A DNA stretch of 64,000 nucleotides, from NCBI GenBank assembly GCA_965209055.1, contig OZ242374.1:3392001-3456000 (forward strand), read 5' to 3'. A model generated the notes under the pieces. The model was not told the DNA's origin, ran no database searches, and was given only the letters and a program-made list of their open reading frames with translations. Shown piece after piece: positions 27,182 to 36,883 of the stretch (position 1 is the stretch's first letter; every line of letters begins with the position of its first letter). This stretch comes from Acidobacteriota bacterium. GTDB lineage: Bacteria > Acidobacteriota > UBA6911 > RPQK01 > JAJDTT01. Both the position numbers and the translations under genes were made by a program.

Positions 27182-27316
27182 CGGATCTGGGTAAATGCCG
27201 CACGGTGGCAGAATCGACTTTAACCGGTTTTCTTGTTAGTCTCGCCGGGTTTCCAGCGGGCGGTCGCCGGACCGGCGCCGGCTCGCACTGAGTCCCATCC
27301 AACACCAGAGGCGCTC

Positions 27317-28312
27317 ATGGCGTTGACAACCGAATCGACCCCGTCGCAACAACTTGATCCCGCCACCCGGCTGGACTTCCTGCGCCAGATGCTCACGATT
27401 CGGGCGTTCGAGTTTCGCGTGGGGGAATTCTACGAACGGGCCGAGATGCCCGGCATCACCCATCTCTCCATCGGACAGGAGGCGGTGGCCGTCGGCGTCT
27501 GCGCTCACCTCGACCACAACGACTACATCACCAGCACGCATCGCGGGCACGGGCACTGCTACGCCAAGGGCGCCGGCCTCGTCCCCATGTTCGGGGAACT
27601 GCTGGGCAAGGCGAACGGATACTGCCGCGGCAAGGGCGGGTCCATGCACATCGCCGACCGGGAGACGGGCCACCTGGGCGCCAACGCCATCATCGGCGGC
27701 GGCATTCCGCTGGCGACCGGCGCCGCTCTCTCGGCGAAGGTGCTCCGGAACCGGGGCGTCGGCGTGTCGTTTTTCGGCGATGGAGCCCTCAACGAGGGCA
27801 TCCTGCTGGAATCGATGAACCTGGCGGCCATCTGGAATCTGCCCGCCATCTTCGCCTGTGAGAACAATCACTACGGGGAGTACACGCCGACGGAGCAGGT
27901 CACGGCCGGCCGTCTCACGCTCCGCGGCGAAGCCTTCGGCATCCCTTCCGCCGAAGTGGACGGCATGGACGTCCTGGCCGTCTACGATGCCACGCACGCC
28001 GCCGTACAGCGCGCCAGGAACGGGGAGGGCCCCAGCTTCTTCGTCTTCGACACCTATCGCTATCTGGGCCACGGCATGTCGGACCGGACCCGGCCCTACC
28101 GGTCGCGCGAAGAAGAGGACCTGTGGCGGACCCGGCGCGACCCCATCGAGCGATTGCGGAAGCAGTTGCTTGAGGCCGGGCACACCAGCGAGTCGGAGTT
28201 GGACGCCATGGCGGAGGCGGTCAACGCCGAGGTGGAGGAAGCCGCCCGATTGGCTCAAGAGGCGCCGTTCCCGGATCCGGAGGAGGTGGACCGACATGTC
28301 TTCGCCGACTGA
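27317..28312 (+). CDS. TPP-dependent dehydrogenase E1 alpha subunit (pyruvate/acetoin dehydrogenase family)
   Basis: HLSIGQEA, THRGHGH, GKGGSMH, GDGALNEG...ENNHY, TYRYLGH. Confidence 0.93.
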   Translation: MALTTESTPSQQLDPATRLDFLRQMLTIRAFEFRVGEFYERAEMPGITHLSIGQEAVAVGVCAHLDHNDYITSTHRGHGHCYAKGAGLVPMFGELLGKANGYCRGKGGSMHIADRETGHLGANAIIGGGIPLATGAALSAKVLRNRGVGVSFFGDGALNEGILLESMNLAAIWNLPAIFACENNHYGEYTPTEQVTAGRLTLRGEAFGIPSAEVDGMDVLAVYDATHAAVQRARNGEGPSFFVFDTYRYLGHGMSDRTRPYRSREEEDLWRTRRDPIERLRKQLLEAGHTSESELDAMAEAVNAEVEEAARLAQEAPFPDPEEVDRHVFAD

Positions 28313-29297
28313 AACCCGCCAACTCACCTTCAGCCAGGCCGTCAACGAAGCGATCCGGGAGGAGATGGATCGCGACCACCGGGTGATCCTGTTCGGCGAG
28401 GATGTGGCGGCGGCCGGCGGGGTCTGGAAGGTGACCGAAGGACTCCTGGACCGGTTTGGGGCGGAACGGGTCCTGGACACGCCCATCTCCGAAGCCGGGA
28501 TCGCCGGGCTGGGGGTGGGGGCGGCCATGACCGGCCTGCGGCCCATCGTCGAGATCATGTTCGGCGACTTTCTGCCGCTCGCCTCCGATCAGATCGTCAA
28601 CCAGGCGGCCAAGACCTATTACATGTCGGGCGGGATGACCAGCGTCCCCATGGTCTTCCTCACCTCCATGGGAGCCGGGCGCCGTTTGGCGGCCCAGCAC
28701 TCTCAGAGCTTGCAAGCCTGGTTCGCCCACATCCCCGGGTTGAAGGTGGTGCTGCCCTCCGGTCCTTACGACGCCAAGGGGCTGATGAAGACCGCCATCC
28801 GGGACGAAAACCCCGTGATCTTCCTACAGGACAAGGTGGACATCTACCAGAAAGGTCCGGTCCCCGATCCATCCCACGAGTACACCATCCCTTTCGGCCG
28901 CGCCGACGTGAAGCGGGAGGGAGAGGATCTGACCCTCGTCGCCACCTCCAGCATGGTCCGCCAGGCCTTGGATGCTGCGTCCGAGCTGGCGGAGGAGGGA
29001 ATCGAGTCGGAGGTCATCGACCCGCGCACCCTGGCGCCGCTGGACGAAGAGACGTTGCTGGACTCGGTCCGAAAGACGGGACGGTGCCTGGTGATCGACG
29101 AGGGTTACCAGCGCTACGGGGCGGGAGCCGAGATCGCGGCTCTGGTCGGCGAAAATCTGTTTTTCGACCTGGAGGCTCCGGTTCGGAGGCTGGGCGCCAT
29201 GGATGTCCCCGTTCCGTTCTCACCGACGCTGGAGGACCTGACCATTCCCGGCAAGGAGCAGGTCGTCGAGATCGCCCGCCAGATGTTCGAAGATTAG
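28296..29297 (+). CDS. Dehydrogenase E1 beta subunit
   Basis: GEDV, DTPISEAG, GLRPIVEIMFGDF, AAQHSQ, IDPRTLAPLD. ATG 28296 overlaps the alpha gene end. Confidence 0.93.
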   Translation: MSSPTETRQLTFSQAVNEAIREEMDRDHRVILFGEDVAAAGGVWKVTEGLLDRFGAERVLDTPISEAGIAGLGVGAAMTGLRPIVEIMFGDFLPLASDQIVNQAAKTYYMSGGMTSVPMVFLTSMGAGRRLAAQHSQSLQAWFAHIPGLKVVLPSGPYDAKGLMKTAIRDENPVIFLQDKVDIYQKGPVPDPSHEYTIPFGRADVKREGEDLTLVATSSMVRQALDAASELAEEGIESEVIDPRTLAPLDEETLLDSVRKTGRCLVIDEGYQRYGAGAEIAALVGENLFFDLEAPVRRLGAMDVPVPFSPTLEDLTIPGKEQVVEIARQMFED

Positions 29298-29330
29298 ACC
29301 TCGCCGTTCCATCCCAGCCGGAGAAGCAAC

Positions 29331-30500
29331 GTGGCCACTGAAGTCATCATGCCTGCGCTGGAAATGTCCCAGGAGCAGGGCGTCCTGGTGCGTTGGCTCA
29401 AGTCCGAGGGGGAGTTCGTGGCCCGGGGCGAGCCCCTGATGGAGATCGAGACCGACAAGGCGGTGATGGAGATCGAGGCCTCCGCTTCGGGGATCCTGTC
29501 CAACGTCACGGCCCGGGAGGGGGACGAGGTCCCGGTGGGGCAGGGGATCGCCTGGCTCCTGAACGAGGGTGAAGCGGCCCCCCCGCCGGCCGTCGGTGCG
29601 CCCAGGCCGCAGCGACCCTCCGCTCGCCCCGGAACCGCCCGCCGTGAACGCGAAACCAAGACTCCAGCCCGGTCACCGGCCCGCCGGGGAAGGGTGCGGG
29701 CAACCCCTCGAGCCAGGAAGCTGGCCCGAAAGTTGGGCATCGACCTGGCCGCCGTCACCGGAACCGGCCCCAAGGGCGCCATCCTGCCCCGGGATCTGGA
29801 GGCGCACCAGACTGCTTCCAAGAAAGACGCCGCCGCGGAATCGGAGTATCGCGCCGTGCCCATCAAGGGAACACGGCGCTCCATCGCCCGGCGCACGAGC
29901 GAGAGCTACCGGAACGCACCCCACATCACCCTCTCCCTCTCTCTGGACGTGACCGAACTGCAGGCCAGGACGCCGCCGCAACGCCGCCTCACGCCCTGCC
30001 TGCTGAAAGCGGTGGCCGAAGCGCTCTTGAAACACCCCCGGCTCAACGCTCACGTTGTTGAGGAGGAGATCCGCGAGTTCCCGTCAGTCCATCTGGGCGT
30101 GGCCGTCTCGCTGGACGACGGCCTCGTGGTTCCGGTGTTGCGCAACGTGGAGCGGAAGGAAATCGAACGGATCCAGACGGAGCTGGCGGATCTGGCCCAT
30201 CGATCCCGAAAACGGACGCTCCAGCCCGAGGAGATGAAGGGAAGCACCTTCTCGGTCTCCAACCTGGGCATGTACGGCATCGAGCAGTTCACCTCCATCC
30301 TGAATCCGCCTGAGGTGGGGATCCTCTCGGTGGGGACGGTCCGCGCCGTGCCGGTGGCGGTAGACGGGAAGGTCGCCGTCCGCTCCAGGATGCAGGTGAC
30401 CCTGAACGCCGATCACCGGGCGGTGGATGGTGCGGTTGCGGCCCGGTTTCTGCAGACCCTCAAGGCGTCTGTCGAGTCCGCCGGCGAGGCGGTGTCCTGA
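29331..30500 (+). CDS. Dihydrolipoamide acyltransferase E2
   Basis: Lipoyl motif IETDKA, E3-binding ATPRARKLA...GTGPKG, catalytic DHRAVDG. Confidence 0.93.
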   Translation: MATEVIMPALEMSQEQGVLVRWLKSEGEFVARGEPLMEIETDKAVMEIEASASGILSNVTAREGDEVPVGQGIAWLLNEGEAAPPPAVGAPRPQRPSARPGTARRERETKTPARSPARRGRVRATPRARKLARKLGIDLAAVTGTGPKGAILPRDLEAHQTASKKDAAAESEYRAVPIKGTRRSIARRTSESYRNAPHITLSLSLDVTELQARTPPQRRLTPCLLKAVAEALLKHPRLNAHVVEEEIREFPSVHLGVAVSLDDGLVVPVLRNVERKEIERIQTELADLAHRSRKRTLQPEEMKGSTFSVSNLGMYGIEQFTSILNPPEVGILSVGTVRAVPVAVDGKVAVRSRMQVTLNADHRAVDGAVAARFLQTLKASVESAGEAVS

Positions 30501-30508
30501 GTCCAACT

Positions 30509-32308
30509 TTGCGAAGGTCGACTCTGCAGCTCGTTTTTCTGATCCTGCTCACAAACGCCGGAATCCTCACCGGTTTCTCCCGGTCGGGAGGCGGCGAAGA
30601 CGGGGTTTTCTCCGACGAAACGGAAAAGGCGGGCCTCGACTTCGTCCATTTCAACGGCATGTCGGGCAAGTTCTACTACTGCGAGATGGTGGGTGGAGGC
30701 GGCGCCCTTTTCGACTACGACAGCGACGGCGACCTGGACCTCTATGTGATCCAGGGCCACATGTTGGGAGAGGGTGATCCGTCCGGCGGCACCGGCGTTT
30801 CCCGGGCGGGGACGGCTCCCATGGACCGGCTCTACCGGAACGATCTGCTGGTGCAGCCGGATGGAACCCGCCGGGTCCGCTTTACCGACGTCACCGCCTC
30901 CAGCGGGATCCGGTCACTCGGTTACGGAATGGGGGTGGCCACAGCGGACTTCGACAACGACGGCTGGGTCGACCTCTACGTCATGAACTTCGGCCCCAAT
31001 CAGATGTTTCGGAACCGGGGCGACGGCACCTTCGAGGACGTCACCGCGAAAACCGGCACCGGCGACGGGAGATGGGGGGTGAGTGCGGCCTTTCTGGACT
31101 ACGACCGGGACGGTTGGCTCGACCTCTTCCTGGGGAACTACGTCGATTTCAGATTCTCCAACCAGAAGCTCTGCCATGCTCCCAGCGGTGCCGTCGACTA
31201 CTGCGGTCCCCTGGGTTACGAACCGGTGCCCAATCGCCTCTATCGAAACCGGCGGGACGGAAGCTTCGAGGACGTGTCGGCCAGGAGCCAGATCTCAAGG
31301 GAGTACCACGGGGCATTGGGCGTGGTGGCGGCCGACCTGAACGCCGACGGCTGGCCGGACGTCTACGTGGCCAACGACCAGAGGCCCAACGACCTCTGGA
31401 TCAATCAGAAGGACGGGACCTTCATGAACGAGTCCCTGCTGGCCGGAGCCGCCTTCAACCGGGACGGAATGGCCGAGTCCAGCATGGGAGTCGACGCGGC
31501 GGATTTCGACAACGACGGGGACGAAGACCTCTTCATGACCCATCTGAAGAGCGAGAAGAACACCCTCTATACCAATGACGGCACGGGTTTTTTCAAGGAC
31601 GCGTCGCTGGAAGCCAACCTGGCCGTCTCCAGCCTCCCGTTCACGGCCTTCGGCACCCGGTTCTTCGACTACGACAACGATGGTTGGCTGGACCTGTTCG
31701 CCGCCAACGGCGAGGTGCGGACCATCGAGGCCCTGGCGAGGCGGGGCGACCCGTATCCCTTGCATCAGCCGAACCAGCTCTTTCGCAACCTGGGCGACGG
31801 CCGGTTCCGGGAAGTGACCAGCCAGGCGGGACCGGTGTTCCGGCTTTCGGAAGTAAGCCGCGGCGCGGCGTTCGGGGACGTGGACAACGACGGAGACACC
31901 GACGTGTTGCTCTTCAACAACAACGGACGCACCCGGTTGCTGGTCAACCGGGCCGGAACCGAAAACCGCTGGTTGGGCCTGCGCCTGGTGGGACGAAAGA
32001 GCAATCGGGATGCACTGGGAGCCTGGGTCGGAGTGTTCCGCGAAGGAGGGCCGACCCTCTGGCGCCGGGTCCGGACCGACGGCAGCTATGCGTCGTCCAA
32101 CGATCCCCGAATCCTCGTGGGATTGGGCGATTCCGCCAAAGTGATCCGAGTCCGGGCTCACTGGCCCAGTGGTCTCGCGGAGGAGTGGACCGGCATCGAA
32201 GCAGGCCGTTACGTCACGCTCGACGAGGGAAGCGGGGAAGAATGGAACGTTACAAGAAAGGAGCGGAACCACAATGACACTCACAGGAAGGAAATCGAAA
32301 TAAATTAG
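30509..32308 (+). CDS. CRTAC1 family FG-GAP/ASPIC-UnbV protein
   Basis: Signal peptide. Multiple DYDxDGxxDL repeats, SRGAAFGDVDNDGD, NRDALGA...GSYAS...GLG C-terminal domain. Confidence 0.9.
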   Translation: MRRSTLQLVFLILLTNAGILTGFSRSGGGEDGVFSDETEKAGLDFVHFNGMSGKFYYCEMVGGGGALFDYDSDGDLDLYVIQGHMLGEGDPSGGTGVSRAGTAPMDRLYRNDLLVQPDGTRRVRFTDVTASSGIRSLGYGMGVATADFDNDGWVDLYVMNFGPNQMFRNRGDGTFEDVTAKTGTGDGRWGVSAAFLDYDRDGWLDLFLGNYVDFRFSNQKLCHAPSGAVDYCGPLGYEPVPNRLYRNRRDGSFEDVSARSQISREYHGALGVVAADLNADGWPDVYVANDQRPNDLWINQKDGTFMNESLLAGAAFNRDGMAESSMGVDAADFDNDGDEDLFMTHLKSEKNTLYTNDGTGFFKDASLEANLAVSSLPFTAFGTRFFDYDNDGWLDLFAANGEVRTIEALARRGDPYPLHQPNQLFRNLGDGRFREVTSQAGPVFRLSEVSRGAAFGDVDNDGDTDVLLFNNNGRTRLLVNRAGTENRWLGLRLVGRKSNRDALGAWVGVFREGGPTLWRRVRTDGSYASSNDPRILVGLGDSAKVIRVRAHWPSGLAEEWTGIEAGRYVTLDEGSGEEWNVTRKERNHNDTHRKEIEIN

Positions 32309-32536
32309 CCGGACTTATCCCCCTCTCACCCGCCAATCTATTGCCTGAAATCTCGACCTGAAATTGCCAAATTACAGGTGCATTGCGACTAATGTCATAA
32401 ACGGAGGATGCCAGGGACAGGCGCAGTCCCGGGACACTTCGGCCTCTGTCCGGTCGGTGTTTTGGAAAACAATAAACAGTCCAAACTACTACAAAATAAG
32501 GAGAATTTCCATTGGGGAAAAGTGAGGGGGAAAACC

Positions 32537-32665
32537 TTGTCCGAAAGGGGACTTCTGGTGTATGGTGGGGTCGTGGGTGAGCCCGCCGGGTGCTGCAACA
32601 CCCTGCGGGCTCTAAACCAACTCGTCCTATGCTGGAGGAAGAGCCAGCCTGAGTCTTATTCTACT
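32537..32665. promoter_or_regulatory. Structured leader with convergent promoters (symE/SymR-like antisense architecture)
   Basis: Sense TTGTCC-N18-TATGGT, hairpin GAGCCCGC-C-GGGTG-CTGCAA-CACCC-T-GCGGGCTC (32579-32612), then TAAACCAA and GGAGG. Antisense TAGAAT at 32658-32663. Confidence 0.45.
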
Positions 32666-32997
32666 CGACCCGGAATCCGGTTTCAGTCCAGCATAGGACG
32701 TCCTCTCGAATATGGTGGCAGGAAAAGTGCCCGTTTGTCTCCGATTGGCGGCGTCATCTTCAAGATCGACTGCCGGGGCGTTCGGGAACCTGCACTGGAG
32801 GTGGCCGTTACGGGCTCCTCACGGTGTCACTCCTTCTGCAAGAAGCCGGCGGCGAATCGATTAGTTCGGCGCCGGTATCACCGACGGACCAGATCCACAC
32901 ACAACCTGGAGGAATGACGCCGGCTGTTCTGGTAGAGCCGGCTGAATTGGGCCGGAGACGTTGGTTGAGTCGACCGGACGCTGAATTGACAGTAGGG

Positions 32998-33258
32998 ATG
33001 ACGGCAATGTCGGAGAATCGAATGTTGTTCGGCTTGGATGACATCCAAGCCATCCGCCTGGTCTGCCTCAGTTGCAACGAAGAGATCCTCTTCCCGAAAC
33101 ACATTCCGGCAAGGGATCATTGTCCCCACTGCGACGTCCGGTTAGACGCGAGAGGCCTGGAACCGGTCACCGAGCTGAACCTGGCGCGGATCATCCGGCA
33201 ACTCACTCAGGATCCAAGCGGGCTCCTGGACATCCGATTCGAGGTCATGGATCCGTGA
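32998..33258 (+). CDS. Small zinc-ribbon hypothetical protein
   Basis: DIQAIRLVCLSC-x15-CPHC. Start at 32998 or 33007, inside track ORF 32824..33258. Confidence 0.55.
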   Translation: MTAMSENRMLFGLDDIQAIRLVCLSCNEEILFPKHIPARDHCPHCDVRLDARGLEPVTELNLARIIRQLTQDPSGLLDIRFEVMDP

Positions 33259-33365
33259 TCCGGTGCGGCAACTCCATGAGAGGGTGGTCCACGGATTGAC
33301 AGGGGCAATATGGGGATATTGCATAGCAGGCCAACGAAGACGAACCGGAGCCGGGAGGAGGAAGC

Positions 33366-34247
33366 ATGATCGGGAACTCGATCTCACGGCGCCGGCGCCG
33401 GACCGTGGCCGGGTGGACCATACTCCTCCTCGCCGGGAGCTTGACGGCTCAGGAAGAAGCCTCGACGCCGCACCAGTGGACCAACAGCCTCGGAATGGAG
33501 TTCGTGCCGGTGCCGGCCGGCGAGTTCCGGATGGGGTCGGAGAGAGGGTTTGCGGACGATGACGAAAAACCGGTGACCCGGGTGAAGATCAGCCGGGGGT
33601 TTTACCTGGGGAAATACGAGGTGACTCAGGGTCAGTGGGAGACGGTGATGGGTTCGAATCCCTCGGATTTCAAGAACTGCGGTCGAGACTGCCCGGTGGA
33701 GAGTGTTTCGTGGGACGACGTGCAGCAGTTCGTCAGCAAGCTGAACGGCATGGAGGGAAGAGCGCGGTACCGGTTGCCGACGGAGGCCGAGTGGGAATAC
33801 GCGGCGCGGGCGGGAACCTGGACGGACACGCCTGCAGGAGACTTGGATCTATTGGGGCAAAACAACGTGCCCATGTTGGACACGATTGCGTGGTACGGCG
33901 GCAACAGCGGAGTGAGGTACGAGGGCGGGGTCGATTGTTCGGACTGGAATGAAACACAGTACCCGGCGACGCGGTGCGGGACTCATCCGGTGGGGAAGAA
34001 GGCTGCGAATGATCTCGGGCTGCACGACATGCTGGGGAACGTGTGGGAGTGGGTCGAGGACCGGTACGGGGAGTACCCTGGAGGCAGTGTCACAGATCCC
34101 AAGGGTCCTGCGACGGGTTCCCTTCGGGTCCGCCGGGGGGGCGGCTGGAGCCACGACGCTCTCGGCAGCCGGTCGGCGTATCGCGCCGGCGCCGCCCCCG
34201 GGAATCGCTATCACTACCTGGGTTTCCGCCTTCTGAGGGTCGAGTGA
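33366..34247 (+). CDS. Formylglycine-generating enzyme (SUMF1/FGE-sulfatase) family exported protein
   Basis: NSLGMEFV, EVTQGQW, PVESVSW, RLPTEAEWEYAARAG, GLHDMLGNVWEW, RGGGW, GFRL. Confidence 0.92.
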   Translation: MIGNSISRRRRRTVAGWTILLLAGSLTAQEEASTPHQWTNSLGMEFVPVPAGEFRMGSERGFADDDEKPVTRVKISRGFYLGKYEVTQGQWETVMGSNPSDFKNCGRDCPVESVSWDDVQQFVSKLNGMEGRARYRLPTEAEWEYAARAGTWTDTPAGDLDLLGQNNVPMLDTIAWYGGNSGVRYEGGVDCSDWNETQYPATRCGTHPVGKKAANDLGLHDMLGNVWEWVEDRYGEYPGGSVTDPKGPATGSLRVRRGGGWSHDALGSRSAYRAGAAPGNRYHYLGFRLLRVE

Positions 34248-34372
34248 TCCGTCCCTGCCGCGCCGGGATGCCGTCACGGCATGGCCGGGGAACCGGTCCT
34301 GTCGGGATGGAGCAGGAGAATCCAACCGCAGGGTTAACAGCAAGGACAACCACGGAGGTTGCCCCTACTTTA

Positions 34373-34882
34373 CTATTCGCTCCACTCGAAATCGTGCTCG
34401 ATCTGGCCGCCGGTGCCGGTCTCGTTGAGCTCCAGGAGGTTGCCGTCGGGATCGTAGAAGAAGAGCACGTGCCAGTCCCCTTCTCCCGAGAACCGGACCG
34501 GAGGGGAAACGAACTCGACGCCCTCCGCCTTCAATCGTTTGTAGATCTCAGGAAGGTTCTCCACTCCGAAGCAAATGTGGGCGCTGGGCACGTGGTGGAT
34601 CTCGTATCTCGCCTGGGGGCTTTCCGGCGTCAACCACTGGATGATGTCGAAGGTCAACGCCACCCCTTCGTCGTTCCGGTCGTACCCCTGGACGCCCTCC
34701 GGTGCGCGCATGCGGTACTCTCGCATGTGGCAGCCCGGCTTTTTCACCATCTCCGCCACCGGACCCGCGATGTGCTCTTCCGGAGTCACCACCTCCAGAC
34801 CCAACAGATCGCGATAGAAGTGCAGCGATTTCTCGATGTCGCTCACCATGACGGCGATGTGGTCGATCTTCTTCACGTACAT
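34373..34882 (-). CDS. VOC/glyoxalase family protein
   Basis: IDHIAVMVSD...FYRDLLGL, AHICFGV, FYDPDGNLLEL. Confidence 0.9.
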   Translation of the reverse strand: MYVKKIDHIAVMVSDIEKSLHFYRDLLGLEVVTPEEHIAGPVAEMVKKPGCHMREYRMRAPEGVQGYDRNDEGVALTFDIIQWLTPESPQARYEIHHVPSAHICFGVENLPEIYKRLKAEGVEFVSPPVRFSGEGDWHVLFFYDPDGNLLELNETGTGGQIEHDFEWSE

Positions 34883-34946
34883 TCGATCTGACTCCTTTCG
34901 GTTCGTGTCTCCCGGACGCCGGCCTCGGAAGCCGTGCGTTTCGGGC

Positions 34947-35696
34947 TCACTTCGTCGTATAGCCTCCGTCGGCCACCAGAACAGCGCCGGTGACGAAGGA
35001 AGCGTCGTCGCTCACCAGGAAGAGAATGCAGTTGGCCACCTCGTGCGGGTCGGCGAACCTCTCCAGCAGATTGCTTTTGCGATAGGGCGCCAGGTGTTCC
35101 TCCGGCACGCCGTCCAGCATGGGCGTGTTCATGGAGCCGGGGCAGACCGTGTTCACCCGGATCCCCTCCAGGGCGTGGTCATGGGCCATGCACTTGGCCA
35201 GACCGATCAAGCCGTGCTTGGAGGCGTTGTAGGAAGCCTGTTCCGCGTTGGACACCACGCCGGAAAGGGACGAGATGCAGACGATGTTCCCCGATTTCTG
35301 CTTGCGCATCTGCCGGATGGCGTACTTGGAGCAGAGGAACGGGCCCTTCAGATTGACGCCCAGGACGAAGTCCCAATCCTCCTCGGTGGTCTCGGGAACC
35401 GCCTTCTCCACCTGGACGCCGGCGTTGTTGATGAGGATGTCGATCCGGCCGAAGCGGGCGACGGCCGCATCCATGAGGTTGCGGGCGTCCGTGGCCGATG
35501 AAACGTTGGTTTTGACGAAAAGGGCTTCGGTTCCGGAATTCCGGAGAGATTGGACCACTCCTTCTCCGGCCTCCAGGTTGATGTCCGCAATGACCACTTT
35601 GGCCCCTTCGGCCGCAAAAATCCTGGCCGTAGACTCCCCCAGGCCGCTGCCGCCGCCGGTGATGACCGCCACCCTGCCGTCCAGTTTTCCGGGCAT
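34947..35696 (-). CDS. SDR family NAD(P)-dependent oxidoreductase
   Basis: TGGGSGLG, NNAG, YNASK, IRVNTVCPG. ATG 35696 after GAGGA. Confidence 0.93.
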   Translation of the reverse strand: MPGKLDGRVAVITGGGSGLGESTARIFAAEGAKVVIADINLEAGEGVVQSLRNSGTEALFVKTNVSSATDARNLMDAAVARFGRIDILINNAGVQVEKAVPETTEEDWDFVLGVNLKGPFLCSKYAIRQMRKQKSGNIVCISSLSGVVSNAEQASYNASKHGLIGLAKCMAHDHALEGIRVNTVCPGSMNTPMLDGVPEEHLAPYRKSNLLERFADPHEVANCILFLVSDDASFVTGAVLVADGGYTTK

Positions 35697-35905
35697 GCCG
35701 TGTTCCTCTTTTCGCGCCGCTTGCCCCCGTTCGATGAGGCGCTCCGGTTGAATGGGTTCGACTCCCAGACCGGTCCCCCCGGCCCCTTTGGCCAAGCCGT
35801 CCCGGACTCGACCCAAGGTATTGAATCCGGTGCCGTGAGGCAAGCGCGTCACGGTTTCGGGCGATCTGCAAAGGCCTTCCGAATCATGGTAGTGTCCCGC
35901 TCGTT

Positions 35906-36883
35906 GTGACTCGATGCCTGGCGTTCCTTTTCTCTCTGTTGCTGTTCTGTTCGTGCGCTGCCCCGGGTCCCGATACCACCGCCGACGGCCGCCTGAGGAT
36001 CGCCTTTATCTCCAAGTCCTACACCGATCCCTTCTGGCTGGACGCCATCGACGGCGCCCAGCGGGCGGCCGAGGAGAGCGGCGTGGAGCTGCTGCTTTAC
36101 GCCGCCAAGAGCGAGACTCACGTCGTGGAGCAGGTCCAGATCGTGGAGAACATGATCCAGATCGGTGTGGATGGCATCGTCTTGGCGCCCTGCGACTCCA
36201 ACGCCCTGGCGCCCGCCGTGTTGAAGGTGAACCAGGCCGGGATACCGATCACCGTCATCGACACCGGGATCAGCGAAGGAGCCATCGTCACCTTCGCGGC
36301 CACCGATAATGTCCTCTGCGGCACCATGGCCGCCGACCGTCTGGCCGACCGCCTGGGCGCGCAAGGGAAGGTGGGAATCATCGCGTGTCCACCCAACATT
36401 CTGCCCTGCCGGGAAATCCTGAAAGGATTCGAGGAGGGGCTCGGCAAATATCCCGGTTTGGACTTGGTGGGATCTCCCCTGGGGGTCCCGTTTTGCGACC
36501 AGTCCTTCAACGCCACCACCGATCTGCTGACGGCGCATCCCGATCTGGACGGTCTCTACATCATCGGAGGTCCCGCTGTGCTCTGCGCCGTCCAGGCGGC
36601 CGGCGCCTTCGGAAAAAACCTCGGCGGCGACCTGATGGTGGTGGGCCGCGGCTCCATCGGCAAGGCGGGGATGGGCGAACTGGAGGCGGTCAAGCGTGGC
36701 GAGATCGACGCCATGGTCGCCCAGTTTCCGGCCAAGATGGGCTATTCCGGCGTCGACAGCATCGTCAGGTACCGCCGGGGAATCGAATCCCCGCCATTCA
36801 CCGACACCGGCGTCGTGGTGGTGACGAAGGAGAACGTGGACGAGTTCATCCGGCAGATCGAGAGCGGGGAGCCGCTCCTGTGA
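35906..36883 (+). CDS. Sugar (RbsB-like) ABC transporter substrate-binding lipoprotein
   Basis: Lipobox FCSC. DPFW...GAQRAA, GVDGIVLAP, GIPITVIDT, ATDN, AQFPAKMG. Confidence 0.9.
   Translation: MTRCLAFLFSLLLFCSCAAPGPDTTADGRLRIAFISKSYTDPFWLDAIDGAQRAAEESGVELLLYAAKSETHVVEQVQIVENMIQIGVDGIVLAPCDSNALAPAVLKVNQAGIPITVIDTGISEGAIVTFAATDNVLCGTMAADRLADRLGAQGKVGIIACPPNILPCREILKGFEEGLGKYPGLDLVGSPLGVPFCDQSFNATTDLLTAHPDLDGLYIIGGPAVLCAVQAAGAFGKNLGGDLMVVGRGSIGKAGMGELEAVKRGEIDAMVAQFPAKMGYSGVDSIVRYRRGIESPPFTDTGVVVVTKENVDEFIRQIESGEPLL

Noticed and set aside
27858-28295. N-terminal extensions of track ORFs (E1 beta; likewise 36385, 54238, 55413, 56201, 58510)
   Set aside because: They overlap upstream genes in other frames; the real starts are at coupled stop/start junctions.
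32408-32917. 169-aa ORF as a real gene
   Set aside because: It runs through promoter and hairpin elements and has no protein-like motifs.
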